Source: Hormiphora californensis (taxonomy: Eukaryota; Animalia; Ctenophora). From it: 64,000 nt of DNA. The stretch is taken from the NCBI GenBank assembly GCA_020137815.1, contig CM035351.1, positions 8,742,001 through 8,806,000 on the forward strand, in the 5' to 3' direction. The notes beneath the pieces were generated by a model that worked only from the letters and a program-made list of their open reading frames with translations, had not been told where the DNA came from and searched no databases. Positions 1-16,500 of this stretch are shown here, piece by piece. The position numbers and the translations under genes were made by a program. Each line of letters opens with the position of its first letter. Within the stretch, counting starts at the first letter, position 1.

Positions 1-37
<37 letters not shown>

Positions 38-195
38 AAGAAACGACTTTAGAAGCAGGAAACGGTCCCATGTGATGAGCTTTCTCTGACATAGTTTGTA
101 CAAATAGGTTGCTCTATCTCTCTCTCTCACACTCTCTCTCTCACTCTCTCTCTCACTCCCTCTCTCTCTCCCCCTCTCTCTCTTCTCAATGTCCG

Positions 196-3658
<3,463 letters not shown>

Positions 3659-4110
3659 ATCTGCTGTTGCTAGGGAGAGAATAGGAAAGAATAGGTATGA
3701 GAATAGGTTTGAGTCAGGTTATATTTATTTCCTGTCCATCAAGTGATGTCAATACAAGATGTGCAAACAATTTTGCTTCTATATTTGTACTCGCTGACGA
3801 CTGAGCCCTCTCGGTACAAGATAAATTGGAATGTGTTTCATGCTAAAAGTAATAAAATGGAAACAATCATCTCTTTACAAATCAAGAATTGAAAAAGGAT
3901 TCATACTCAGCTTTATTCTGATTAATTTACTGCTAAGATATGATTTGGATAACATATGAAAAATACTGCATAACATTGTTAAAAAACTTAAACTCACGCG
4001 GGGTAAAAATAAAGTATATAATAAGTGTATAACTAATTAACTAGTTAACAACTAAAGATCAAACTAGTAATATTAGTAATATTAATAGTAGAAAATATCC
4101 TTGTAAAAAG

Positions 4111-7100
4111 TTATATTTCCGGCGTGGGTGAGAAATTAGGGCTGGAATCGTTATCCGCGATATAACTATCTCTCCGGTAGTTCTTGTTGTTGAAGTCACT
4201 GTCAACACGAAGTTTACCAATCAAATCGGGGCAAGTTTTACCCTCCGTGATCTTCCTACACTCCATCATCAAATCATAGGTCATCTGAGAGAGAGGATGA
4301 TTGAAAACGGGTACAATAAATGGTAATACCAAGTTACAACGAAGTAATACAACTGTAATTTCAAATTTGGATCCAAGTCCTACTGAAATTATGTAACATC
4401 TTACATCAGGTTATGATATTGAGCTAAAAAGACCTCTTACCTCTTCAGATACGACAGAATCGTTTTTGTAGAGAGGGTGATTCATCACAAAGTTCCTCAT
4501 CCATGTAGCGGTGGTTAACAGCTCACCACTTGCCCTCTTCTGTATCAGACTTAGGTAGGAGCAAATTCTGGTGGCTGTTACAAACTCCAGATCAGGCTAA
4601 AAATGGGGAGAGAGATCATATCAGAAACCGATTTCTTGCTGCTACTGTCGAGCACTTTCACAGATCGAGCTGTAAAGATCAAGATTTCAATACCATGTGT
4701 TTGATGTAGGCACGAAGGACATTGCTAATCCCAGGGAAGTCTCCAGTACCATTGATAATGTCATTGATCGTCATTTCAGCAATCTCAGGCTCGCAGCAAC
4801 ATTGGATGTTGGTACTAGGGGAGAAAAATGGGCGTTAGAGTGGGCTGTATCATTCGCCAATCTGGTTGTACTATGTACTGTGTATTTACCACATCATATA
4901 TTTGTCGACAGTTAGGATCAGACTACACATAATTGGTTATTGTAAATCTAACCATTACACTCACCGGAAGTAGAACTTCTGATCAAGAACAGCGTTTCTC
5001 TGTTGAGCCCGCTTCATATTTTCCTGCACGTATGAAAGGGGCAGGTAGAAGTTGCAGTTGAAGCTGACCAGGGCCCTGGATAACTAGGATGCAAAACGCG
5101 ACAAATGCAGCATTTTCAAAATCTGTCAGCTGGGCCTCAATCGTTCTGAACTCCACCCTCCATCCAATGTCAGAATCAGGGGGAGGCGGCTTGAAGCGCA
5201 TGTTTTGCCAGTTTGTCGACTGCAAACTCTCGAAATGATCCGTATCCTTCTCATCATCCAGCTCTATCCTGTTGCTAAATGCGGAGATAGGATCCCTGGA
5301 GAATATGTGGGCAATGTGTTTAGCCAGAAGGTGGTCCATGTTAGGCAACTCCTCAGCCATTAGAGTCGCATAGATCTCCTTATCATAGATGAGGTCTACA
5401 TCGCTGAACTTTTCGGAGTTCAGGTAGGAGTTGATGCAGGAGTATCGGGAGGATTTGTGGGGGTATTGACCCTGTCCCTTCATTTCCTGGTGAAGGTATT
5501 TAGTGTTACACACTCACAATGGTTTACAGACAGACAGACAAACAGTTTCGTTACATACAGACAGACAAACAGTTTTTAATGCGAGTATGATTGTACCACA
5601 AAGCAATTACATAGGAAGATACAATTACAGTTACCTTTAGATACAACTACACAACATTTTGACCTGGTCAGTTCGGTCGTCTACTGCAGCAGAGATCACA
5701 TTCCATCTGCAGTCAACATCACACAGGTAGCCCCGGTATATTGGTGAGGCAGCAGAGAGGGCCATTACAATGGGAGACATGACAGCCAGCTGGTCGTACA
5801 ATACCCTCGCTTCTTTAATGTTGCACGCCTGAGAGGAAAACATGTTATTTCTGGAACCGACAATGCTGAGATGATTCAACTCAACAGTTGCGTATTTCTG
5901 ACTAGATGACCTGGTCTTGCCACACAACTGTTGAGGTGAATTATCTTAACAACAAATTTCTTTTAATGATGGAGGTATTACCTGGAATGTAACCTGGATA
6001 CAGCAACAGCCCATCCCAAAACCCATGGCATCCATGTAGACGTGATCCTCCTTAGCCGCCTCCAGGTCAGGGAACTCGTTAAAAGGGGAGGGCGTGTTGA
6101 TGTCCTTGTAGATTGGCACATTTATCTCAACCTGAAAAAAGAGTTAAAACATCTTGAAGCATGCTACTACTACTCCTCCTCTCCCGCAAGTATGATGTAA
6201 CGAAAAGAGCGTGTAAGAACTACAGAAAACAATACAGTTCTGCAGAACTGTTTTGTTTTTCAGTTTCATAACCAAGCAAGGTTCATTGTGATGGGGGAGG
6301 GGTGACATTTGTGGGGTACCTTGTAAATATAGTACACACCTTTTTCCCTCGCCTCTCTCGGATGCTCTTGACGAGGTTCCCAAACCGGGGGTGAGGATTT
6401 ATGCACTCATCCGGGAAAAAGAGACTATTTGAGATGTCCCCGTGTGGGTTTGGGGTAGCGGGTGGCCAGCAGAAATCAGGGCACCCCAACCTCGGGAAGC
6501 TGGTTATTGTCATCACTGTCTCAGTATCATCGTTAATAACCTGAAATAAAACAATGAACTGTGTTTACAGCTGTGTTTCCCGCTGCGGAGAAGCTAAGAG
6601 AAAGCAATGCATACATTTGCCTAAATTCTCTACCCTCTCTCACCGTACCCCGCGAGGAAGTATTGTAAAGGAGGGTGTATCTAGGGTTTATTTAGTTAGA
6701 GAATACACATTCGTTAGAGTGTTAAACAAACACAGCTAGTGAGAATGTCTGACTGTCGAAAAGATAGAAATACATATGTAAACCCGACACAATGACACAT
6801 AATATATAACATAATCATATGATAATGTATACCTGGTTGAGCTCTTTCCTCCGATGTCTCATGTCCCGGATCACATGGTTCAGCTCCTCAAAGTCATCCA
6901 AAAAGGGTTTGTTGGGTGTTGACTCTATCTGGAAGGACCCGAACTCCTCTACAAAGGTAACGGGCATCTCAAAATCACAGTTGTGCTCTTTGACCTTTTC
7001 CAAGAGTTCGGCAGTTCGGCGTAGCAGGTACACACGCTTCTTTTCGTGGTCAAATTTGAACAACAAATATTCAATCTCGTCTCCCCATTTTAGTTGGTCG

Positions 7101-7334
7101 TAACATCTGAAAGTATACATCTGGTTACTAATGGTTACTAGTGGTTACCGGATACCGGTGGTTACCAATGGTTACGAAGTGTTACTAAGGGTTACCAGTG
7201 GTTACCAGTGGTTACCTGTTAGAGAGCGTCTTCATTAGGTTCATGAACTGCTGAATGCCATGTTTTCTAATATAATCAGCTAGCTCTTTAGTTTCACTCC
7301 ACGGTAGTGGCTCCCCTCGAACCAAGATACCCAT
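4111..7334 (-). CDS. GCLC: Glutamate-cysteine ligase catalytic subunit, 9 exons; one 1-nt insertion near 5084
   Basis: Peptides [114 protein letters not shown]. The frame shifts at ATC CTA G TTA TCC AGG and continues [31 protein letters not shown]. Confidence 0.96.
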
Positions 7335-7608
7335 TCTACAAAGCGGGAAGATAAAGAATTGAAAGGGGGGATTGAAAGTGGGGGGGGGGGGGGGTATTAG
7401 ACGGTTATGAGTTAGAATGTGGGAAGGTGGGGACGGTTACGGATTATAAGTTAACCGAATTTGAAAGAGGATAGGGCAGGTGGAAATATTATCCAGAGAG
7501 TAATGTAGAAGTGAAACAATAAGATAATTAAAAGCGGTCAGACACTGTTGTCCCATAAAGTATTTAATAAGTTAAATAAAAAGACGTAAAACCCAAAACT
7601 GTCTGTCT

Positions 7609-10600
7609 TCACCCAAACTTGCTAAACTTCTTCTCCTTGGGCACCTTCTTCTTCTTCTTTTTCACCGAACTACCATCTTGATCTATCGATTCTTGTAGTT
7701 TCGAGAAGAAGTTAGAGTTCACCTTCTCAGATGACTTCTTGGCCAGTTTTATACCCTGTTTCACCTCATCAGCCACTGCTGAAATGGCATCCTTCTTGTT
7801 CTTCACCTTGGCACCACCCTCGGCTCGCTCCTTCTTCAACTTCTTAATATCCCGCTCCTCGGCCTTGTGGGACTGACTCTTCTTAATCTTCCTTCTCTTC
7901 CTCTTTTTGTCTGTTTTGGTTTCCTCAATATCAGCACGGAGTTCTTCCCTTTGTTTTGCCTTCACCTCGGCCGGTGCTAACAGTTGTGTCTCCGCTACTG
8001 ATGTAGGCATGGCCTCCTCCATTGATACCGCTGGAGCATTAACAACAATCTTTAACTCCTCCTTGACACCCTTGGGCGTGAAGTTGAAGTTGGAGAGGGC
8101 GTCCAGTTTCCGGAATAAGTTAGCCAGGTCCACTTTGATTTTCTCCTCATCCTCATTGACATCCTCCTTCTCCGCGGCCTCTGTCGCCTCCTGGGCCTCC
8201 AGATAATCCTTCTCATAAACCTGTGCTAAACTCAACTGACTCTTCTCCTGATTGAGTGGCATTTCCTTTAACTTCATCGTATCCCTACCCACTGGTTTCT
8301 CCTTTCTCTCCACATCATCGAACAGTTTGATCTTGATCCTCTCCAGGATGATCTTCTCAATCCGAGTTGTGGTCTCCATGGTGATCTCAGGGGCAGGTTT
8401 CTGTCCGTGATCGAACTGAAGGTCCTCCTCCAACAATGTGTTCACCTCCCTATCCCCCTGACCTGCCTCTCCCTTCATTCTCCACGATTTGGCAGACATG
8501 GCCTCTTTCTCGTTAGCCTCAATCTTCGCTTGTACCTGTGTGGGATGAGTGTTACTGAATGTTGTAACTACCGTGTGGGGCAATAAAAATGCCCCCCCAA
8601 GTCTACCATAGTTCCAAATATCGTGGAGCGCTAAAATTTGGTACAGTAACTCTGTAAGACAAATAAATAACTTGACCAAAATTTCAGACCTCTAGCTCAA
8701 AATTCATTTTTTTGATCGGAATGAACATTGTCATTCATTCCAGGGAAAAATATTTTCCGGTTCAAAATTTGACCAATTATGTTTGGCTATCGATTAGCTT
8801 TCCAATGTGACCAAGATCAGCTAAATTGGACAACCACAAGAGACACAGTGTCATGTTTCTTAAAGTTAGTCAGGTCATGTGATCTTCACTGAATCGTTGA
8901 TCGTGTTCAGTATTACGAATTGGTCTAAGTGGTAGAGAATCACGTATCACATCTGCTAATGAGGGATGACGATGCTGATTGGTCATGAGATCTGTAGCTC
9001 TTTGATAAATGTCCTCTTTCCTCGAATCACATCACCCTGTATTGGTACACATACCCAATTAGCGGCCATGATACGAGATTCCTTTGCCCATTGGCCCGAT
9101 TAGAAATCCCGGAAACTCAACGATTCGGTGAAGATCACATGACCTGACTAACTTAAAGCAACATGACACTGTGTCTCTTGTGTTTGTCCAATTTAGCTGA
9201 TCTTGGTCCCATTGGAAAGCAAATCGATAGCCAAACATAATTAGTTAAATTTTGGATCGGAAAATATTTTTTCCTGGAATGAATGACAATGTTCATTCCG
9301 ATCAAAAAAATGAATTTTGAGCTAGAGGTCTGAAATTTTGGCCAAGTTATTTATTTGTCTCATAGAGTTACTGTACCAAATTTTAGCGCTCCACGATATC
9401 TGGAACTATGGTAGACTTGGGGGGGCATTTTTATTGCCCCACACGGTAAATACTAAACTAAAATGTCAATGAATGAATGATTGTATTGATTAAAGCGTGA
9501 ATACAGTCGGACCCCGATTTAACGGCCCCCGATTTAGCGGCACCCCGATTTAACGGCAGGATAAATTTCCCCCAACAATTTTTTGTAATTTTTTTTGAAA
9601 ATTTTTTGAAAATTTTTCAAAGGTGTTTCAACCACGTCCGAATCGTGTTTCGAATCGGTGCATCTTATTGTATGTCTTACCCGTAATTAGACGGTTCGAA
9701 ACGAACAGATATGTGATCCCCATGAGGCCCATCGAGTCGCAATTTTGACGCTTGTTAAACTGGCCCCATGGGGATCACGTATCGGTTTGTTTCGAACCGT
9801 CTAATTAGCGACAGGACGTGCGATAAGATGCACTGATTCGAAACACGATTCGGACGTGGTTGATATATCTTTGAAAAATTTTCATAACTTTTTTTGGAAA
9901 ATTTTACAGAATGATTTTCAATGCTTTGATCGGTGCTCCCCATGAATTTTCAGAGAAAAAGATATTTTGAAATTTGAATTCTTCCTCACCCCGCTTAAAG
10001 TGCCCCGATTCGGCATGGTATCACGTATCGGTTCGTTTCGAACCGTCTAATTAGCAGCAAGACATGCGATAAGATGCACTGATTCGATATACGATTCGGA
10101 CGTGGTTGATATACCAGTACACGTACCTTAGAAAAATTTTATAACTTTTTTTAAAATTTTTAAAATTATTTTCTTTTTCTAATCAGAAATGATCATGTAA
10201 TCAATACATGGACATTGCATTTACTCAGAGGTGTTTTAGTATAGTATTTTGGACAAAAATAAGGTTTTATGGGCCAAATATGCTCTACCCCGATTTAACG
10301 GACACCCCGATTTAACGGACAAAACCCTTTCCCCCGAGGGTGCCGTTAAATCGGGGTCCGACTGTACTAAAATTGACCCCTCGTCATTGACAATAAACTA
10401 CCTTTCCAACACCTACCTTTTTCAGTTCCTTCTCTAATTTAGATTCCTCCTCGCTAAGATCTCCTTCATCCTCGCCAGCATTGTCCAGGAAGATGTTAGC
10501 ACCCTCCATCTCCTCCTCATCATCTTCATCTCCACTGTCATCTTCTTTGTCATCATTGAAGGCATCCTTCTCCATAGCCTCACAAAACTTATCCATGTCT

Positions 10601-11058
10601 CCAAGATTCATCGGTCTCTCCTCATCTCCTTCCTCCTCTCCCTCCTCTCCTTCCTCTATATCATCATCTTCTCCTTCAATAGCATCATCATCATCTTCAT
10701 TGTCTGACTCCTCCTCCTCCTCTGGTACATCTGCAGGAGGGGCAGGTGTAGCCTCCTCAGCCATCACTAACCGTTTCTCAATTTCACCCTCGATGTTCTT
10801 CACCAGGACCCCGTTGATCAGCTCGATCTGCTGCCAAATCTGTTCATCGTCAAAACTCCCCACCAGCAGCTTCGGTAGGAGAATCTGTTTTCGTAGAGTG
10901 GCGTCACTTGAGCTCACACTGACAATATGGTCATAAAGCTGGGACAGTTGGTCCTTCCACCGAGAGGCTTGAGAGGTGGGCGCGGAGAGATACTGGGAGG
11001 GATCCAGGAGACCGTCACACAGTTTCTCATCGTCAACTGGCAACATGTCTGATGCCAT
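7609..11058 (-). CDS. MPHOSPH10: U3 snoRNP protein MPP10, 2 exons (11058-10417, 8535-7609)
   Basis: N-terminal FDDEQIWQQIEL, an acidic tract, then WRMKGE..REVNTLLEEDLQFDH, FDDVERK, KSQLSLAQVYEKDY and LDALSNFNFTPK. The intron 8536-10416 is GT-AG, phase 0. Confidence 0.95.
8571..9446. mobile_element. Non-autonomous Tc1/mariner-pogo (Tc2-like) foldback MITE
   Basis: TA|CCGTGTGGGGCAATAAAAATGCCCC...GGGGCATTTTTATTGCCCCACACGG|TA. Inverted arms of over 300 bp cover most of the element. Confidence 0.88.
9504..10364. mobile_element. pogo/Tigger-like MITE, copy 1
   Basis: TA|CAGTCGGACCCCGATTTAACGG...CCGTTAAATCGGGGTCCGACTG|TA with internal inverted sub-repeats. A closely similar copy lies in opposite orientation at 61675-62541. 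Confidence 0.92.
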
Positions 11059-11261
11059 GATCTGCCTAAATCAGGGGTTAGATAAAGGTTAGACGTGGTT
11101 ATTTTATGAATCAAAAAAGGATTAGCCATTTTATGAAGTTGACAATAACAAAATAAAAACACAATAAAATCATTTTACAATGCTATGATAACATTTCAGT
11201 GGTATCATCAGGTATCACAGTATCTTCTTTTACTACTGGCTCAACAACATCTGCCTCCCTT

Positions 11262-11605
11262 TTATAAACCCGTGGTTTGGTTTTTCTCCTGAATTTCACC
11301 GATCCTATTGATCATCAACACACACTGCTCATACGCCATGTGAAGTCTTTCTCGCAATTGTACACGTTGCCTGTGTGAGGTAGGGTAGTTGACGCATCAC
11401 CCAGATAGTTGATAGCTTGTATCAGTTTATCGTTTATCTGCTGCACCTGTTTTACAAAATACTGAGCGTCCATTTTAACTTTCGGCACGTCAATATGCCC
11501 ATCCCGTTCGTGAGATATTTCCTGAAGGGAGGCACGTGCGTATTCAATCATCTGCATCACTGTTTTCTCCATGTTCAGGAGGCCCTGGAACTCCTTGCTG
11601 TTCAT
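11262..11605 (-). CDS. MED11: Mediator subunit 11, single exon; apparent 1-nt deletion near 11343
   Basis: INYLGDASTTLPHTGNVYNCEKD matches the MED11 IRYLxxVxTxQPHEGSSY..KD motif. The expected helical C-terminus (HMAYEQCVLMINRIGEIQEKNQTTGL*) lies in the -1 frame and ends at 11262. Confidence 0.85.
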
Positions 11606-11789
11606 TGCACTACTGTTATAGTCAGTGGAGAGGATCGTTAGTTATATAGGGATGAGAATCAGTTTATAGACAAATGTAGATCTTACAAAACAATTAACAT
11701 TAAAAACACACACAAAATCATAAATTAAACCAATACACACAGTACACACATTTGCCTTGCTCGACCCTCGAACAAAACAAACACGTATA

Positions 11790-12967
11790 TCATCCTGTCA
11801 ACAAACTGCGGATTAGCTTACTACGGTGCTCTCCGCTGATATCCGGATTATCACACACAGCCCCAAAGTCAAACGGGTAATCATTAAGTGTCTGAACGCC
11901 CAGGCTGGTCAACTGAACATTAAAATAAACCACCACGTGACCATTGGTAATGTAAACCAGAGAAGGCTTATTTCCCTCAGGACCAATGGCATATTGACCA
12001 GCACAAAAACCTCTAATGGCCACATTTTCCTCAAACCGATACTTGCAGATATTTTTCTTGTGGTCCACGAAGAATGTTTGTCCATCCCAGGAACAAGCCA
12101 CAACCTCATCATTGTCGTCATTGTCAATATCCATTTTCAGAAGTGCAAATATGGGCATGTCCAATTGGAGTGACCACAGTTCCTGCTCACCACGGTTCAT
12201 TGTCAATAGTCCTTCAAGAGTAACAAACGATACCATGCCATCCTCCCCAACTTCCTCGTTGGATCTGATGTTACCTAATCACATCCCGAACTGGGGAGGT
12301 GAACTTGGCGACTTGTGTGACGGGTTCCCAGCCCTCGAAGCCCGTCTCAGACCGGATAGCCTTCAATACTCGGATACCATCGTAAGGTATACAGACAATA
12401 AGAATGGTTTGGCCATCAGAAAGCGTGTTAACAGAGATAGCAGCGAACCTCCCGACGAAAGTTATACGATTGTTTATCTTGGGGAACGAGCCTGTCTTCT
12501 GAATCTGGATCCCACGTGTACATGCGAACAACTGTATCCAGGACCACTACAAGATCATTTGCACCACGGTTGGATACATCCGTGATAACCAACTGGGCTA
12601 TGTTGAGGGGAAATTTCTGTTTGTACGTATGGGGTATCTCGATACTCTCTTTCTTGTCTGAAGATTTTGACTCGAGAATCTTCTCATGATCGAATATGTA
12701 GCAGAGGCCCTCACCAGTGATCACAACGAGGGAGTTGTCTCCTTTGTTTTTGATATCTCCAATCCCCAGGCAAGTTATCATACCCAAATTTCTTTTCATC
12801 CACCGCTCTTCCTTCATTTTATAGATATACAAATCCCCGTCGACATTTCCGATACATAACTCGTTGCAACCATCGTTGTCGAAGTCCCCCAGGGTGACCG
12901 CCTCCGGCAGCAACGTACCGTCAAACTCAAATGTGTAACGCTGTACAAATGAAACTGTACGCACCAT
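11790..12967 (-). CDS. ITFG2: KICSTOR subunit ITFG2 (FG-GAP repeat protein), intronless, with two 1-nt insertions (~12457, ~12276)
   Basis: MVRTVSFVQR..GDFDNDGCNELCIG..LGMITCLGIGDIKNKGDNSLVVITGEG and LWSLQLD..DEVVACSWDGQTFFVDH..FCAGQY. Three consecutive ORF pieces join into one protein by two +1 shifts. Confidence 0.9.
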
Positions 12968-13574
12968 AATTGTTCTTTAATTTGAATAAATCATTCACTG
13001 GATGGTGTAAAACAGCAAAACACGGTTGTTAGAGAGGAAGTGGAATGTGGATGGAAAAAATAAAACTCCGACACTTTTTAAAAAATGTGACCGGGCGAAT
13101 TTTTTTAACTTTAAAAAACAAACGCGCGCGCTGTCATTAAGAACGCGCAAAACAATTACGCGCACTAAGTTACTTGAAATCGTTTATGACTGTCTTATCT
13201 CACATACTCGACATTTGAATGGAGCTTTGACAAATATCAGGACAAAATAATTACCGTGAATAACTTTGAAAATTGACAAAAGTAAAGCTAAAATTTATCC
13301 GATTATTGAACTTGAAAGTGAAAACCCTAATTACTAATCATAAGCTTTAGATTATAATAAATCAGAAGTTAGGACTAAATTAGTCATACAATAGAACTGC
13401 AGTATATCTATTAAACTTGTATAACACAGTCAAAAACATGAAACAAACACACTCAGAACGGTTCCCTGTCGTTATCTGTACAATATGACCATTCTAATCC
13501 CTTTCTCGCTATCTCTCTCGGCCAGTCCAGTTTTAAACTTTCCCGTTTTTCTCTAAACCAGTTAATCCATTGTT

Positions 13575-16500
13575 TCATCTATAGTTATCCAACTTTTCTT
13601 GGGCCGTATAATAGAGATCCGTTAACTGAAAAGGGAGGGGAGTGAGAGAGGATTGGGGATAAAACAGGTGACAGAAGCAGCACAAACAGTCAAGAATCAT
13701 GCAGTGTAGCCGATCTATAACCTCTCGAAGATATTAATTCTTGGCCCGTACAGCTGGGCTTAGTTTCTGATATACTGACAGACCGTACTGTGAAACCTGT
13801 ATCAAATATCAAAGATATATTGGTGCCTCCTGGCAGCTCTGGATTTACCATCCCTCGGCCCAGAAAGTGAAAACACGATTATAAAAGGTGTATTATCATG
13901 TAACATACCTTGCCCCCGAGTTTGGCGGCCCCATCGGAGAGGCTCTGCTTCATAGCGGTCATATCAGGGGCATTCAGCTGGATGTTACTGGTATCGTAAC
14001 CATAGGCACTGTACCCTCCTGGTAAGGGGGGAACAGAGAGGTAGTACATAGAAGGGTAGAAAGGGGGTGTCATTGGAGGGGCTGGATCCATTATGCAATT
14101 TAACAAGTGCTTATTGATTATTGATTGGGTTATGTCGAGAAATAAAATTCTGTTTAGATCTAATGGGGAAGGGGGTAACCATTTGAGGGGGAGAGGGTTC
14201 GCTGCTTACCTCCACCAGCTGGTTTGGTGTCCCTATTAAAGTACTGATCAGATGATATAGAGCTAGCACCCCTGTAGCTTTCTATATTCGGATCGTACGC
14301 TGGCTCTGCCTGTGTAAATAGGTAGGTATTAGGTCGGTCTTTTTATCTAGTAACTCACTCACATTTAGTAGTATTGTTACATAGTAGTACTAGCAATATG
14401 TCACTCACATGGTAGTACTAGCAATAGAGACAGTGAAAAGGAGGATGGTTCTTACCGCAGTTCCCCGGTTAAAGTACTGATCAGAGGAGATTGCCTTGGA
14501 AGAACTATATTTCTCCTGAAGTCTGACGTCACTAACAGAGCTCCCACCACCAGCAGCTCTCTGTTTCTCATGTCTAGGGATAGGGGGTGTTAGAAATGGT
14601 ACCAGTAACTGTAACAAATTTAAACGAGTTTTGTTAAAGCCTCAGATAACTCTGTTGAGCACTGTCACCAGCATCCAAACTAACCGTTACCACTAGTTAT
14701 CTCAAGAGGAAACTTTACCTTCTCATGGCAGCTGTCTTGGGATCCAATATTTCCTCCACCGTATTGCTATCATCCCTCGTCCCCCTCCCATTATACCCTC
14801 CACCACTGTTCTCAGAGAGCACCACAGAGAAATCAGTGAGGGTGTCATAGTACTCATCAATGGTGGAGTTGTAGTGTTGCTGTTCCCTTGTGGGCATCAT
14901 CATGGGTGCTGCTGAGGTCGGCGTGTCTTGTTCCACTGAGACAGCGTTAGAGGAGACGTTGTGGTATACTCCTGATCGGACACCCAGCCGTCCCATTCCC
15001 ATACCTGTGTGGAGGGGGGAGTAGGGAAATAAGCTGAGGAGGGGGTAGTAAAATAATTTGTGGAGGAGGAGGAAAGTAAAATAAGGTGAGGAGGGAGTAG
15101 GAAAATAAGTTGTATTTTTGTAAGCTCGTCATCTGTAAGAGTATGTGACTGAATTCTGAAAGATAAGAAGAGGTAGATTTCTAAGAAAACAAGTTGCTGA
15201 CTCTCTGTTTGGTTGGTAGACCTACCTAATCTATCAGATGCCACTTGAGATGGTTTGTTGGAGCTAGTACTGCTACTGCCGAAAGAGTTATTGTTACTAA
15301 TGGTAACCCGTTCCTCTACATCTCTAGATAGCATATCCCTGCAAAGAAGAGGATAATGAATGATATTGAATAGGGGAAGTTAGAAGATTGAGTAAGGAAC
15401 ATCGATTTACCAGTCATAATGGGAGGTCGGGAGGGGGTGTTAGTAACTCACATTGCAGTTTGACGGTCCATTGCTTCCCTTTCCTTAGTTTCCTTCCTTT
15501 GTTCCATGCTATTCTCAATATCTGCCAGACTCTTGTTGCTCTTCTTAGCTCCTCCCATTCCACTTAACTAAGAAGATAGAGGAGAATAGGCAATTGTTAT
15601 GTGATATAATATATAGGGACCTTCATAGTGCAGCCTTCGGCCCGGAAAGGGCAGTCTTTAGACAAGATATAGGGATTAGGGAGCCTGGGACAGAAGTCAC
15701 TGTTTACTTACCCCTCCCTTTTTCTTGGGGGCGCCACGTTTAGAGGAGAACCCCAGACTCCCTGCTGATGGTGCAGTTAATGATGGCACGTAGGTGGGTG
15801 GAGTTGTAGCCATTGGTTTTGAGGTAGCTTGGAATGTGGGCTGGAAAGAGGGTGGTGGTGCTGGAGCTGCTGCTGCTGCTGCTGTGAACGCGGGGGCTGC
15901 TGGTTTCTTCTCTACATCTGAAATGTTGTTGATTTAAATCTAACGGGTATAGTTCCAAATGGAGTAGTTCCGAAGATGTAAACTGAGTAAGTTACCAGCA
16001 ACTGGTGGATTTAGCATGTCATCGAAGAAGTCCTTCTCCACAATTTCAGGGGACTTTGGGGCAGAATCTAAATGGAGCTGGGAGGGACATGGGAGGTTAG
16101 GATATTTAACTGGGATAATTAATCGAGGAAAAGAAGAATGGAACAGCACGTCACCATATCACGGCTGACGCCCTGCAGTTCGTCGCGCGGGATGTTCTAC
16201 TGAGATAGTGTTCGCGCGTTACGTCAAGTCATCACTCACATATAAAGCTATGTGTTGTGCAACACATACACAATCACACTAAAAATGTGCGGATATTGAA
16301 TAATAACGCAATGAAGATTACCTGATGCCCAAACTTGCTCTGAGTCTCCTGGGCCATATTCTCCAGCTTCTTCCTGTACATTCGAGCAGCACGGCTGAGG
16401 GAGGGGGTTAGTTGTTGTATTGTATGTTTAGTTGGTTAGAAATAGAATTATAGTAGTATAATAAGCGCCGTTGTGCCGGTATAGTTGAATGTAAGGCTGT

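Noticed and set aside
10481-10936. Ser-rich plus-strand ORF (and similar antisense ORFs over the LINEs and ITFG2)
   Set aside because: Antisense shadow of the real minus-strand coding sequence.
11790-12967. ITFG2, MED11 and GCLC as pseudogenes
   Set aside because: Coding conservation continues on both sides of each shift with no other decay. Consensus error is more parsimonious.
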